Shown piece by piece: positions 48,183-57,715 of a stretch of 64,000 nucleotides of DNA (positions within the stretch are counted from its first letter, which is position 1; each line of letters begins with the position of its first letter). The notes beneath the pieces are model-generated. The model was given only the letters and a program-made list of their open reading frames with translations, was not told the origin of the DNA and searched no databases. Source of the stretch: an uncultured Candidatus Saccharibacteria bacterium (GTDB lineage: Bacteria; Patescibacteriota; Doudnabacteria; UBA920); assembly GCA_964612745.1 (NCBI GenBank), contig CAZTCH010000002.1:1009-65008 (forward strand), given 5' to 3'. A program made the translations under genes and the position numbers.

Positions 48183-49058
48183 TCAGGCGTGACGACTCAC
48201 TACATTCATTGTTCCAAACTGTGCTATTTTTTTTGCAGCGGCTGCAGTTACGGCAGCAATAGCTGGCTTAAATAAAACCCGAGGGTCAACCTCTTCTGGT
48301 TGCGTCTTCAGAGACAACCGAAGGGCATCGGTAAATGCAATGCGTAGTTCGGTGTCTATATTTATTATAGCAACCCCTGCAGCAATGGATGCACGAATAA
48401 CTTCCGCATCTACCCCACTGGCCCCATGAAGCACTAAAGGAATACCCACGCGCTCTGATACTTGAGCAATGCGCTTAATATCTACCTGCGGTACTACCCC
48501 ACCACGAATTTTAATCACCCCATGCACAGTCCCAAATGCACCTGCCAAAGTATCTACACCAGTCGCCTTATAAAACTGCTCTGCTTCTTCTGGCTCAGTA
48601 AGCAAGCTCTCCGCTTCGGACACAGCGACCCAATCCTCACTCCCCCGAATTTTTCCAATCTCCCCTTGCACCCACGCACCGTGCGCATGCGCAAACTCCA
48701 CCATCGCTTTGGTATCACGCACATTCTCTTCGTATGCAAGCTTCGAGTGGTCAATCATGACACTCGAAAAGCCCAATTCAATCCCTCGCTTGAGTTGGTC
48801 CATGTCTTTCCCGTGATCCATGTGTATCGCAATAGGCACACTTGCAGCTTCGGCAACAGTCGCAAGAATCTCATAGAGTGTCGGCAGTCCTGCATAGGCA
48901 ATTGCCCCTTCCGAAACTTCCATAATAACCGGCACACCCGCAGCTTCTGCTGCAGCAACAATACCTCTGGTAATTTCCAAGTTCATGGTGTTGAATGCAG
49001 GATACGCAAACTTCCCCACGACATCAGAAGCAAATAGTTCTTTTATGTGTACGAGCAT
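48183..49058 (-). CDS. fba: Class II fructose-bisphosphate aldolase
   Basis: PAFN, HMDHG, SSVMID, GTVHG, LVLHGASG, INIDT. Confidence 0.93.
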   Translation of the reverse strand: MLVHIKELFASDVVGKFAYPAFNTMNLEITRGIVAAAEAAGVPVIMEVSEGAIAYAGLPTLYEILATVAEAASVPIAIHMDHGKDMDQLKRGIELGFSSVMIDHSKLAYEENVRDTKAMVEFAHAHGAWVQGEIGKIRGSEDWVAVSEAESLLTEPEEAEQFYKATGVDTLAGAFGTVHGVIKIRGGVVPQVDIKRIAQVSERVGIPLVLHGASGVDAEVIRASIAAGVAIINIDTELRIAFTDALRLSLKTQPEEVDPRVLFKPAIAAVTAAAAKKIAQFGTMNVVSRHA

Positions 49059-49262
49059 AGGAGTTAGCGCTTAGAAATTAGGTGTTAGTAAGAAGGCAAG
49101 AGTCGTCACGTCTTCATGTCTTAAAGTTGAACGAACGGACAAAGGGTAGAGAACAGAGAGTAGAATAACATTTATTTTTATAACTAACTCCTACCACCTA
49201 CCCTTCGGCCGTGAGCTCAGGGTCGAGCGGCAACCTAATTCCTAACTCCTAGCAGCTATAAT

Positions 49263-50294
49263 TTAGTCTTTTTTCTTATCCACCAGCTTTTGCACTTTGG
49301 CTTTGTCTTTCGCAGTCACAATTGGCACTACCCGAAACGAAGACAAACGTTCGAGCTTGGCTTCCAATTGGTGCCGAGTCAACAACCCTTCCAACGGGCC
49401 CACTTTTTGCACCACACTCCCTGCATTTACCGGACCCCAGCGAAGCGCTTCTGCATGACTCTTGCCATAGATAAGCGCAGCGATATAGGCAGTGGTAAAA
49501 CTATCACCCGCGCCAGTAGCTTCTACCCGTGGCCCAGGGAATTCAGATACATAGAAAAATCCTTCGTCACTGTGCGAATACGCACCTCGACGACCGTCCG
49601 TTAACGTAATCGCCTTTGGTCCCAAAGCACGCAACCGTTTACACAGCTCTTCTGGGTCGCGTGTATCACTACCCACCCAACGCTGTGCCTCTTCTACGTT
49701 TACAGACAACACACTGGTTCGCTCTAAAATAGGTTTGTTTACTTTTATTCCCGCCTTCAATTGGTACGTCCCAGGGTTAAACCCAAGAGAGACCTTGTAC
49801 GCATCTAAGTATTCAGCAAGTGGGGCGTATATTTTCTGAAACCCTTCCGGCATACTCGTTAAATACACCCACTTACTACGCGCGAGCTTGGGGAAGTGGT
49901 ACTGCCTATGTTCGTGGTATACAAAAATTGTTCGCTCCCCGTCATGCGAAAGCACCATGTGGTAGTTGGTGCCATGTTCTTTATCAAAATACAAATAGTC
50001 AGTGGAGACCCCTTCTTGGCTCATGCGGTGTTTAATCTCTCGCCCACCCGCATCATCTCCGGTGATGCAAAAATATGCAGTACGCAACCCGAGCCGAGAT
50101 GAGCCTATTGCATTATTAGAAGCATTTCCCGCAACACTTTTAAAGAATTTTTGCACAGGGAGCTTATCCCCCCAGTTAATAATTGCTTTTAAGTCACCGT
50201 CAATCCGCTTTACTTCTACATCGTCCCCAAATAAAAACGAATCTATAACAGGATCGCCAATAGCGATAATATCAAATTTTGGTTTTCCAAACAT
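49263..50294 (-). CDS. PfkB family carbohydrate kinase
   Basis: AGNASN, FNPG, NVEEA, ATGAGDSF. Confidence 0.9.
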   Translation of the reverse strand: MFGKPKFDIIAIGDPVIDSFLFGDDVEVKRIDGDLKAIINWGDKLPVQKFFKSVAGNASNNAIGSSRLGLRTAYFCITGDDAGGREIKHRMSQEGVSTDYLYFDKEHGTNYHMVLSHDGERTIFVYHEHRQYHFPKLARSKWVYLTSMPEGFQKIYAPLAEYLDAYKVSLGFNPGTYQLKAGIKVNKPILERTSVLSVNVEEAQRWVGSDTRDPEELCKRLRALGPKAITLTDGRRGAYSHSDEGFFYVSEFPGPRVEATGAGDSFTTAYIAALIYGKSHAEALRWGPVNAGSVVQKVGPLEGLLTRHQLEAKLERLSSFRVVPIVTAKDKAKVQKLVDKKKD

Positions 50295-50295
50295 A

Positions 50296-51285
50296 CTACT
50301 TCCCTTTCCGCTTAAGAACTTTTTTTACGGCTGCGACAATTGCAGGACCGTCCATTTCATATTTCTGCAATAACTGCTCTGGGTTACCACTCTCACCAAA
50401 TGAGTCTTGCATCCCTACCCGCTCTACGGGAACCGGATAGGCAGACGCTAAGAACTCACAAACTGCAGAGCCCAAACCACCAGCCACTTGGTGTTCTTCC
50501 ACCGTCACCACTGCCCCGCACTGTGTTGCCGCTTGCAAAATAGTTGCAGTATCCAGGGGTTTAATTGTGTGACTATTCACAACCATAGCTTCTATACCCT
50601 CACGAGCAAGTACCGCCGCGGCAAACAGCGCACCGTACAACACAGGCCCTGCGCCAATAATAACCACATCGGTGCCTGTGCGAAACACTTGTGCTTTGCC
50701 AATTGCAAACGGCATTGCGTCAGTCACCATAAGTGGCGTGGCTTCACGTGTTAACCGCAAATACGCTGGGCCGACGAGCGTAGCAAGCGCTTGGGTCGCT
50801 TGGCCCGCCTGAATAGCATCACACGGTACTACCACCGTCATATGTGGCAACACACGCACCAGCGCAATATCTTCCAGGGCTTGGTGTGTTGCACCATCTG
50901 GGCCCACCGAAAGCCCCGTGTGGCAACCAACCACTTTGACATTTGCTTTGCTATAACACACGCTCACCCGTAATTGATCCCAATTTCTGCCAGGGCTAAA
51001 CGTGGCATAGCTCGTCACAAAGGGCACTAAACCAGAGAGTGCCAAACCTGCTGCTACCCCCATCATATTTTGTTCCGCTACACCCATTTCAAAAAATCGT
51101 TCTGGGTAGCTTTCCGCAAATGCAGTGACTTTTGTGGAGTCTTTTAAGTCTGCAGTCAAAGCAACCACTTTTTCATTTTGCCCGCCGACCAAAGCCAAAG
51201 CCGTTCCAAAACCACTGCGAGTTGGAGTTTGGGTAATGTCTGGGTGACCAATCTTCGGTTGTAAAGCTTTATGTAATTTGCTCAT
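50296..51285 (-). CDS. Transketolase C-terminal subunit
   Basis: GVAEQNM, GPDGATHQALED, VEEHQVAGGLG. Confidence 0.95.
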   Translation of the reverse strand: MSKLHKALQPKIGHPDITQTPTRSGFGTALALVGGQNEKVVALTADLKDSTKVTAFAESYPERFFEMGVAEQNMMGVAAGLALSGLVPFVTSYATFSPGRNWDQLRVSVCYSKANVKVVGCHTGLSVGPDGATHQALEDIALVRVLPHMTVVVPCDAIQAGQATQALATLVGPAYLRLTREATPLMVTDAMPFAIGKAQVFRTGTDVVIIGAGPVLYGALFAAAVLAREGIEAMVVNSHTIKPLDTATILQAATQCGAVVTVEEHQVAGGLGSAVCEFLASAYPVPVERVGMQDSFGESGNPEQLLQKYEMDGPAIVAAVKKVLKRKGK

Positions 51286-51286
51286 A

Positions 51287-53050
51287 CTATTCTATGCCGT
51301 CAGAGTTTTTCTTTATATCTTGTTCACCAGTAATCAAACGTGCGACTACATCTTTATGTTTTTGATAATAAAACGCCACCACCAACAGAATTATGCCAAG
51401 TAACATGAAAGAAACAACGCGATACTCTAAATCCAGCGTCTGCACGTCAAACAAGAACACCTTCAACACAGCAAGTACAAATAACAACATGGCAAACCTG
51501 CGCAACACCCGCAAGAATGGCACCATACCTGCCACAGTCATGCACGCTGCATACACTATCCACCACACGCTCAACAACAAGTTTCGGGTATTGAGTAAAT
51601 CAACCCCATGGTAATAAAATACTATTTCACCAGATACAGCCAACCACAGCAGCGCCGCAGGCACTACCACAAGTGTCGAGCCAAACTGTGCATCTGCGTC
51701 ATTATGCAAATGCTTCTTTAACACAACAGCAAAGGTTGTCAGTTCAGCTATAACAGCCAGCTCAAGGGCAAAACGTGCATTCAAAAAGAGTGGTAATGCT
51801 TGCTCTGAAAAATTAATACTGACGATGGTCACCACTCCAAAAATACTTGCAATCACACCCCAAAACCACAATTCTTTTCTACGTAACGCAATTCCTGCAC
51901 CAAAAAGCAATGCGCTCACCAAAAGCACATACCAGCTTTGTACTACCCCATCGAATTGCCACATGACCGCAAACAATAAGAACTTCACTATGGTGAATAC
52001 TAAGGTATGGTTCAAAACTGTAGCCTCAAGTCTATCGACCAGCGCATACGCCATACAAGTACTAATTGCCAACAAGAGCAATATCGTTGTTCGGGCTTCA
52101 GCCATAACGCCAAGGGGTAGATAGCTCAACGCAACAGATACCAGAACTCCTAAAATACCATAGACTACAGCTAATTTTTCAGTATCGCTATCCTTCACCG
52201 GCCCTGTTTCTTTGAGCTTGCGATATATGAATGCAAGCACCATACTCACCAAGAAATAATTGCTAATAATAAACACAACAGTTGGTGTATTGGCATCGCC
52301 GGCCCAGCCTTGCCAAAACACATGTGCCACGCTTCCAAAAATACCTAAGAACAATAACTCAGGCCAAAAATAGAGTGACTGCATTGCAAGTAAGCCCACC
52401 GTCACCAAAGACAGATATGCATACAAAGCCACTGTATGACCCGAACTAAAGTACAGCAAAAATGGAGAAAGATATGCACCGACCATACTCACCAGCGCAA
52501 GAATGCGCGACCGCTGTAAAGCTGCCAAACACGCGCCGAGAACAGTTACAGCCACCATACCCAAAAACCCTACTGGTTCGGTGACTTTTTCGTAGAACTG
52601 ATACGAAGCAAACACGGTAAAATACAAAATCGCCAACCCGCCACCAGAAAGAATTTCTGCATATCGAGGAAATTTTTCTCTCCAGAGTAGTGCCAAAGTA
52701 ACAAACAGCAGGCCAATACCAAGCCCTGTCCCAATCCGCGCCCACTCTGTAACCCAACCTTGGTTAATAGCAAATTTATAGAAAAATGCGAAAGCAAATA
52801 GTAAGGCAACCACACCCACACCACCCACCCATTGGGCAAAGCTAATTTTCGAATCCGGAACAGTTGGGAGCGGCGCGGATACCGGCGCAACACGCGCCTC
52901 AGGCATGACAGAAGGGTGTGTAGCAGCTTGCGCAGTAGAAGCAGTGACAGGTTGCTTTTGCTGTGCACGCTCCAATACCACCACCCGTTCAGATAGCTTT
53001 GTTATACTCCATATGCACCAAATAATCGCCACTAGCAAAATGAATGTCAT
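51287..53050 (-). CDS. DUF2339 family multi-pass membrane protein
   Basis: GGGLAILYFTVFASY, C-terminal KVFLFD...L...YRVVSF..LG. Confidence 0.85.
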   Translation of the reverse strand: MTFILLVAIIWCIWSITKLSERVVVLERAQQKQPVTASTAQAATHPSVMPEARVAPVSAPLPTVPDSKISFAQWVGGVGVVALLFAFAFFYKFAINQGWVTEWARIGTGLGIGLLFVTLALLWREKFPRYAEILSGGGLAILYFTVFASYQFYEKVTEPVGFLGMVAVTVLGACLAALQRSRILALVSMVGAYLSPFLLYFSSGHTVALYAYLSLVTVGLLAMQSLYFWPELLFLGIFGSVAHVFWQGWAGDANTPTVVFIISNYFLVSMVLAFIYRKLKETGPVKDSDTEKLAVVYGILGVLVSVALSYLPLGVMAEARTTILLLLAISTCMAYALVDRLEATVLNHTLVFTIVKFLLFAVMWQFDGVVQSWYVLLVSALLFGAGIALRRKELWFWGVIASIFGVVTIVSINFSEQALPLFLNARFALELAVIAELTTFAVVLKKHLHNDADAQFGSTLVVVPAALLWLAVSGEIVFYYHGVDLLNTRNLLLSVWWIVYAACMTVAGMVPFLRVLRRFAMLLFVLAVLKVFLFDVQTLDLEYRVVSFMLLGIILLVVAFYYQKHKDVVARLITGEQDIKKNSDGIE

Positions 53051-53073
53051 GTGTGTAAATACGTATTAAATCG

Positions 53074-53931
53074 TTAGTCGTGTTCAGATTGAATCTTACC
53101 TTGCAGCGAACGAAGCTCTTTCAGCGCTACTGCAGCTTGCACCTTATTCGGTGGAGCCCCATGCCAGCGATAATCACCTTCCATAAAATCCACACCCTTC
53201 CCTGGAATGGTGTGCGCAATAATTACTGTTGGCTTTTCGTATATCGCTTTTGCTTCTTGGAGTGCGTCAATCACTTGTTGCAAATTATGTCCATCCACTT
53301 CGAGTACATGCCAACCAAACGCTTCGTATTTCGCACGAAGGCTTTCCAGTGGCAAGACATCTTCGGTGTACCCATCAATCTGAATATTGTTACGGTCGAT
53401 AATAGCAGTCATGTTATGCAGCTTATGGCTACCTGCAAACAATACTGCTTCCCAAATCTGCCCTTCTTGTTGTTCGCCATCGGACATGATTGCATATACT
53501 CGTTGACGCGAATGTTGCAGTCGAAGCGCAAGCGCCATTCCAACAGCCTGACTCAAACCTTGCGCGAGCGGACCACTAGTTGTCTCCACTCCAGGCAACG
53601 CGAGATTATGTGGGTGCCCTTGTAACCGTGTCTCAAATTTTCGAAGCGTCTGTAACTCGGCTCTTTCAAAGTATCCTGCATGAGCTAAGGTTGCGTATAA
53701 AACTGGACAAATATGCCCACAGGACAAAACAACCCGATCTCGGCCATCCCAGAGAGGGTTGTTTGGGTCATGCTGAAGCACGCGAAAATAAAGCGCAGTA
53801 AACACATCCGCCATTCCTAATGGACCGGCACTATGTCCACTTTCTGCTGCGAGCAACATAGATATAATATCTTGCCGTATCTCGCTTGCTTTGTAGGTTA
53901 ACTCTGTGATTGGAAGATTGTAAGGATTCAT
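53074..53931 (-). CDS. Transketolase N-terminal subunit
   Basis: SGHSAG, LSCGH, LQGHP, DGEQQEGQIWEA, TIPGKG. Confidence 0.95.
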   Translation of the reverse strand: MNPYNLPITELTYKASEIRQDIISMLLAAESGHSAGPLGMADVFTALYFRVLQHDPNNPLWDGRDRVVLSCGHICPVLYATLAHAGYFERAELQTLRKFETRLQGHPHNLALPGVETTSGPLAQGLSQAVGMALALRLQHSRQRVYAIMSDGEQQEGQIWEAVLFAGSHKLHNMTAIIDRNNIQIDGYTEDVLPLESLRAKYEAFGWHVLEVDGHNLQQVIDALQEAKAIYEKPTVIIAHTIPGKGVDFMEGDYRWHGAPPNKVQAAVALKELRSLQGKIQSEHD

Positions 53932-53997
53932 GCGCACAAAAAAATACCACTACTATACAGTATACAACATGTATCTGCATTCGTGTGGTACTTTGTA

Positions 53998-54639
53998 CTA
54001 CTTCTGAAGACTACTTTGCAAATCTTGAAAATTTCTCACTGGCTCTGTACCCAAAGCGGAACCCACAACCAGTAAATCTGCTCCAGCAGCAGCTACGGCC
54101 GCGCAGTTTTCTTTTTTTACACCACCATCCACTTCAATTACCGCATTCGGCAACAACGCTCGCAACTCCGCAATGCGCGACAGCGCACTTGGCAACATAG
54201 CTTGTCCTTGTCTCCCAGGGGGAATGGTCATGAGTGTAAACTGTTGTGCAATATCAGCCAACGGCACCACAGCTGCAAGTGGTGTTTCTGGATTTACCCC
54301 AACCCCCGCTTGCAAACCGAGACTTTGAATTTGCAACAACGCAGTCCTCAGCTCTGCCGCTGTCGGATACGCTTCTATATGCACAATTATTGTAGAAAAG
54401 CCGACCAATTGGTAGTCAAAAAAGTCGCTAGGCGCCACAGCCATAATGTGTGCTTCCCACTGAAACGCTGGGTTCAGTAGCTCAACGTCTTTTACTTGTA
54501 CCGTCTCGGTCTGCACAAACTGCCCATCGCAAAAATCCACCTGAATTCGCTGCGCTTCGGGTAAATGCTCCAAGTCTTCCGCTTTATTTTTGAAAGCTGG
54601 AACTGTTTGTTCTAAAATTGCTGGAACTAATAATGCCAT
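53998..54639 (-). CDS. rpe: Ribulose-phosphate 3-epimerase
   Basis: QVDFCDGQFV, EAHIM, NPETP, EVDGG, VVGS. Confidence 0.9.
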   Translation of the reverse strand: MALLVPAILEQTVPAFKNKAEDLEHLPEAQRIQVDFCDGQFVQTETVQVKDVELLNPAFQWEAHIMAVAPSDFFDYQLVGFSTIIVHIEAYPTAAELRTALLQIQSLGLQAGVGVNPETPLAAVVPLADIAQQFTLMTIPPGRQGQAMLPSALSRIAELRALLPNAVIEVDGGVKKENCAAVAAAGADLLVVGSALGTEPVRNFQDLQSSLQK

Positions 54640-54744
54640 AGTGTATGTAACCACGGATACACAGATTGCACGGATCACACAGATATAAGTGCCTTTTTGA
54701 TTGGCAGTATCTGTGAAATCTGTGTATCTGTGGTTTGTATAATT

Positions 54745-55188
54745 TTACCTCTCCAACGCACTCACTTTCTTGACTCTCCGAATATGGCGCTTCTCTTTCG
54801 ACCAAGGTGTATTGAGCCAAACCTGTACAATCTTGAGCGCCATCGCAGGTGTAATATAATCAGACGGCAAACAAAGCACATTGGTGTGGTCATCGTTGCG
54901 GCTCGCACGCGCCTCTTTGACATTCCAGACCAAGCCAGCACGCACCCCTGCAAACTTGTTTGCTGCAATACACATCCCTTGCCCACTCCGACAAATCAAA
55001 ATACCAAAATCTGTTGTTGGATTTTTAGACACTTTTGCTGCCACCTTTTTTGCGTAATCTGGGTAGTCGTCGTCTGGCACGAGAGCACTGGGCCCCATGT
55101 CGGACACTCGCCCACCTTCTTGCGCAAGGTTGGAGGTAATAAATTCTTTTAATTGAAACCCACCGTGGTCAGATGCGATGTATAACAT
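54745..55188 (-). CDS. rpiB: Ribose-5-phosphate isomerase B
   Basis: ASDHGG, DDYPD, ICRSGQG..AANK, RHIRRV. Confidence 0.93.
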   Translation of the reverse strand: MLYIASDHGGFQLKEFITSNLAQEGGRVSDMGPSALVPDDDYPDYAKKVAAKVSKNPTTDFGILICRSGQGMCIAANKFAGVRAGLVWNVKEARASRNDDHTNVLCLPSDYITPAMALKIVQVWLNTPWSKEKRHIRRVKKVSALER

Positions 55189-55515
55189 AAAATGAGGACA
55201 GAGGTTAGAGAATAGAGGGTAGAGAGTAGAAAGAATGCAGAGGGCTAAGGGCTAAGGGCTAAGAAAAAATACAATTTCTAATTTTCAATTTTTAATTTTT
55301 CTTTCTCGTTACTCGCAACTAGTTACTCGTTACTACTTTTGGGAAATTCCAAATCACAAGCACGAAATATCAAATAAATTACAATATCCAAAATCCCAAA
55401 CGAATACACTTTCTTATTTTGGACATTGATGCATTGGAACTTGTTTGTTATTTGATTTTTGTCATTTGTGTTTTTTATCTTTCTCGCAACTCGCAACTAG
55501 TTACTCGTCACTATA

Positions 55516-56205
55516 TTACCAGCTGGCATTAATCATTTGGTTAAAATCTTTCGGAAGCAGACTCGCGCCACCAACGAGCAGGCCGTCGATATTCGGTTGA
55601 GACAAATACTCTCCAGCATTTGTCGCATTTGCACTTCCGCCGTATAGCACCTTTGCTGGTTTGAACTGTGTGCGAATAAAAATAGCAATTTTTTCTGCGT
55701 GGTCAGGTGTGGCTGGTTTTCCCGCACCAATAGCCCAGACTGGCTCATATGCCACGACCACCTGAGTCGAATCTACTCCTTTTAATGCAGACTTTAACTG
55801 TGTGCGCAACACATCTGCTACTTCTAACTCATCTTGCTTCACACTAGTACCATGGCCAACACACACCACTGGAGTAATCCCCACCGACAAGAGCGCTTCT
55901 ACTTTTTTATGAATCCCTTCTTCGGTTTCACCCGTATTGCGCCGTTCACTATGACCAACCAAACAATACTTTACCTTCAAACTTTTGAGAGTCAGTGGCG
56001 ACACTTGTCCCGTATGCGCACCTTTATTTTCCCAAAAACAATCTTGCGCACCTAAGCGAGGAAATGTCACGACAGACAAAAACACAGATGGAGGGCAAAT
56101 AACCGCTTCATGCTTGGACTTTGTGTCTATCTTCTGCGCAAGTCGGACTGCTTCTTGCTTTGTCAGTGGATTTAACTTCCAATTTGCAATTATCAATTTT
56201 TTCAT
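55516..56205 (-). CDS. tpiA: Triosephosphate isomerase
   Basis: ANWKLN, GHSERR, AYEPVWAIG, YGGS, LVGGASL. Confidence 0.97.
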   Translation of the reverse strand: MKKLIIANWKLNPLTKQEAVRLAQKIDTKSKHEAVICPPSVFLSVVTFPRLGAQDCFWENKGAHTGQVSPLTLKSLKVKYCLVGHSERRNTGETEEGIHKKVEALLSVGITPVVCVGHGTSVKQDELEVADVLRTQLKSALKGVDSTQVVVAYEPVWAIGAGKPATPDHAEKIAIFIRTQFKPAKVLYGGSANATNAGEYLSQPNIDGLLVGGASLLPKDFNQMINASW

Positions 56206-56221
56206 AGGAGTTCTTCTGTGA

Positions 56222-57208
56222 TTAGCTTTTCAAAAACAGCGCAGTTTGCTCTGGTGGTACTGGGTTTATCGGAATTCCTGTAGCGTATTCAAACCCTGCC
56301 CAAATAGAAATACGAGGGAACACAGTTAAGTGCCAATGGTAACTCCCCTCTTCGTGCATGGTGTGCTGCGTCTTGGCAGGTGGCATAGTATGCACATAGA
56401 AGTTCAACGCAGGATCCCCCAGCTTCACGTACAGCTGACCGAGCACGGTCTTGAGCACGTACGCCAAATGCCCACGCTCTACTGCGTCAATATCTTCAAA
56501 TCGCGCAGCATGCTTTTTCGGTAAAATCCACGTCTCAAAGGGCTGCCGTGAGGCATATGCAGACAATACGACAAAGTGTTCTGTTTCTAGTACTATCCTA
56601 TCTTTTACGCTAAGCTCTTCGCGGATAATGTCACAGTATATGCACGTATGATTCAGCTGGTGGTAGTGATAGCACCCCGACACCTCTGCGTGAATATGCG
56701 GTGGCAACAGAGGCACCGCCAAAAGTTGGTAGTGTGGATGCACGAGCGAAGCACCAGCATCTCTGCCGTGATTATGAAACGCTTGGACATATGCCACGTG
56801 TTCGTCTTCCAACATGGCTTTTTGTCGGGCAATAATCATCTGCAAAGACAAATCGATTGTTGCAGCAGATTGGAGCGCAATAGGCTCATTATGCCTTCGC
56901 GTTACCACCACTTCGTGGTCGCCATACCCTGCTTGATTTACATAAAAATCTTTGTGCCTGTAGGTAGTGGTGTGCTCGAGTGCCTGAAATTTATTTTCTA
57001 TTACTCTGGCTTGCCACTCGCGCCCAGCTGGGCTGCGCATAACTTCCACATTCAACGCTTCTTTCCCTGGGCAAAATACACATGCTGGGTCGTGGTCCGG
57101 CAACCCTGCCATGACACTATGCGCTTTGTAATCCTCTGGTCGCTTCGCCCTACCAGGAGCAATAAGCACCCATTGTTTGGTGATTGGATTTTGCCTGAAT
57201 TGACTCAT
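56222..57208 (-). CDS. galT: Galactose-1-phosphate uridylyltransferase (GalT-like)
   Basis: RAKRP, CVFCPG, GASLVHPHYQ, CIYCD, YHWH, AGFE. Confidence 0.88.
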   Translation of the reverse strand: MSQFRQNPITKQWVLIAPGRAKRPEDYKAHSVMAGLPDHDPACVFCPGKEALNVEVMRSPAGREWQARVIENKFQALEHTTTYRHKDFYVNQAGYGDHEVVVTRRHNEPIALQSAATIDLSLQMIIARQKAMLEDEHVAYVQAFHNHGRDAGASLVHPHYQLLAVPLLPPHIHAEVSGCYHYHQLNHTCIYCDIIREELSVKDRIVLETEHFVVLSAYASRQPFETWILPKKHAARFEDIDAVERGHLAYVLKTVLGQLYVKLGDPALNFYVHTMPPAKTQHTMHEEGSYHWHLTVFPRISIWAGFEYATGIPINPVPPEQTALFLKS

Positions 57209-57314
57209 AAAAATCTGTGCTTTTCAAAATTTGTTTTATCCCGCCTTCGCTAAAGCTTCGGCGGGTTCTGTTTTTCGAATCCTCTCCCTAATTCTTCTGT
57301 TTCTTCTAACTCTT

Positions 57315-57704
57315 CTATTTCTTCTTCCCCGCCTCCCTATTCAAATAATTCTGCAACACAATCTGTGCTGCTAAGCTATCGGTGCGGTCGTGCCCTGTAG
57401 GCACTTGTTCAGCCATAACAGAAGAGAGCCTTTCATCCATAAGTATAACAGGTACGCTCACTACCCGCTCAAGCGCTACTTTAAAATTTTCCACTTCTTC
57501 AGTCTTTTTTGTTTTTTGTCCGCTCATACCAAGTGGAAAACCCAAGACAATACTCTCCAGCTCCAGCTCAGTAAGCAGTTTTGGAAGCTCATGCCAAAAC
57601 TGTGTAGGAGAATACACAGCTAATTCCCGCGCCAGCATGTGTAGCTCGTCTGAAACTGCAATCCCAATCCGTTTTGTGCCAAAATCAATACCTAAAATTC
57701 GCAT
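57315..57704 (-). CDS. ruvX: RuvX/YqgF family nuclease
   Basis: LGIDFGTKRIGIAVSD, DERLSS, DSLAA. Confidence 0.93.
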   Translation of the reverse strand: MRILGIDFGTKRIGIAVSDELHMLARELAVYSPTQFWHELPKLLTELELESIVLGFPLGMSGQKTKKTEEVENFKVALERVVSVPVILMDERLSSVMAEQVPTGHDRTDSLAAQIVLQNYLNREAGKKK

Positions 57705-57715
57705 AGTGCCTCTGT

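Noticed and set aside
57241-57264. Isolated small GC-rich hairpins (also ~21695-21727, 22201-22216, ~49201-49230)
   Set aside because: Single copies in the window; cannot distinguish terminators from REP-like inserts
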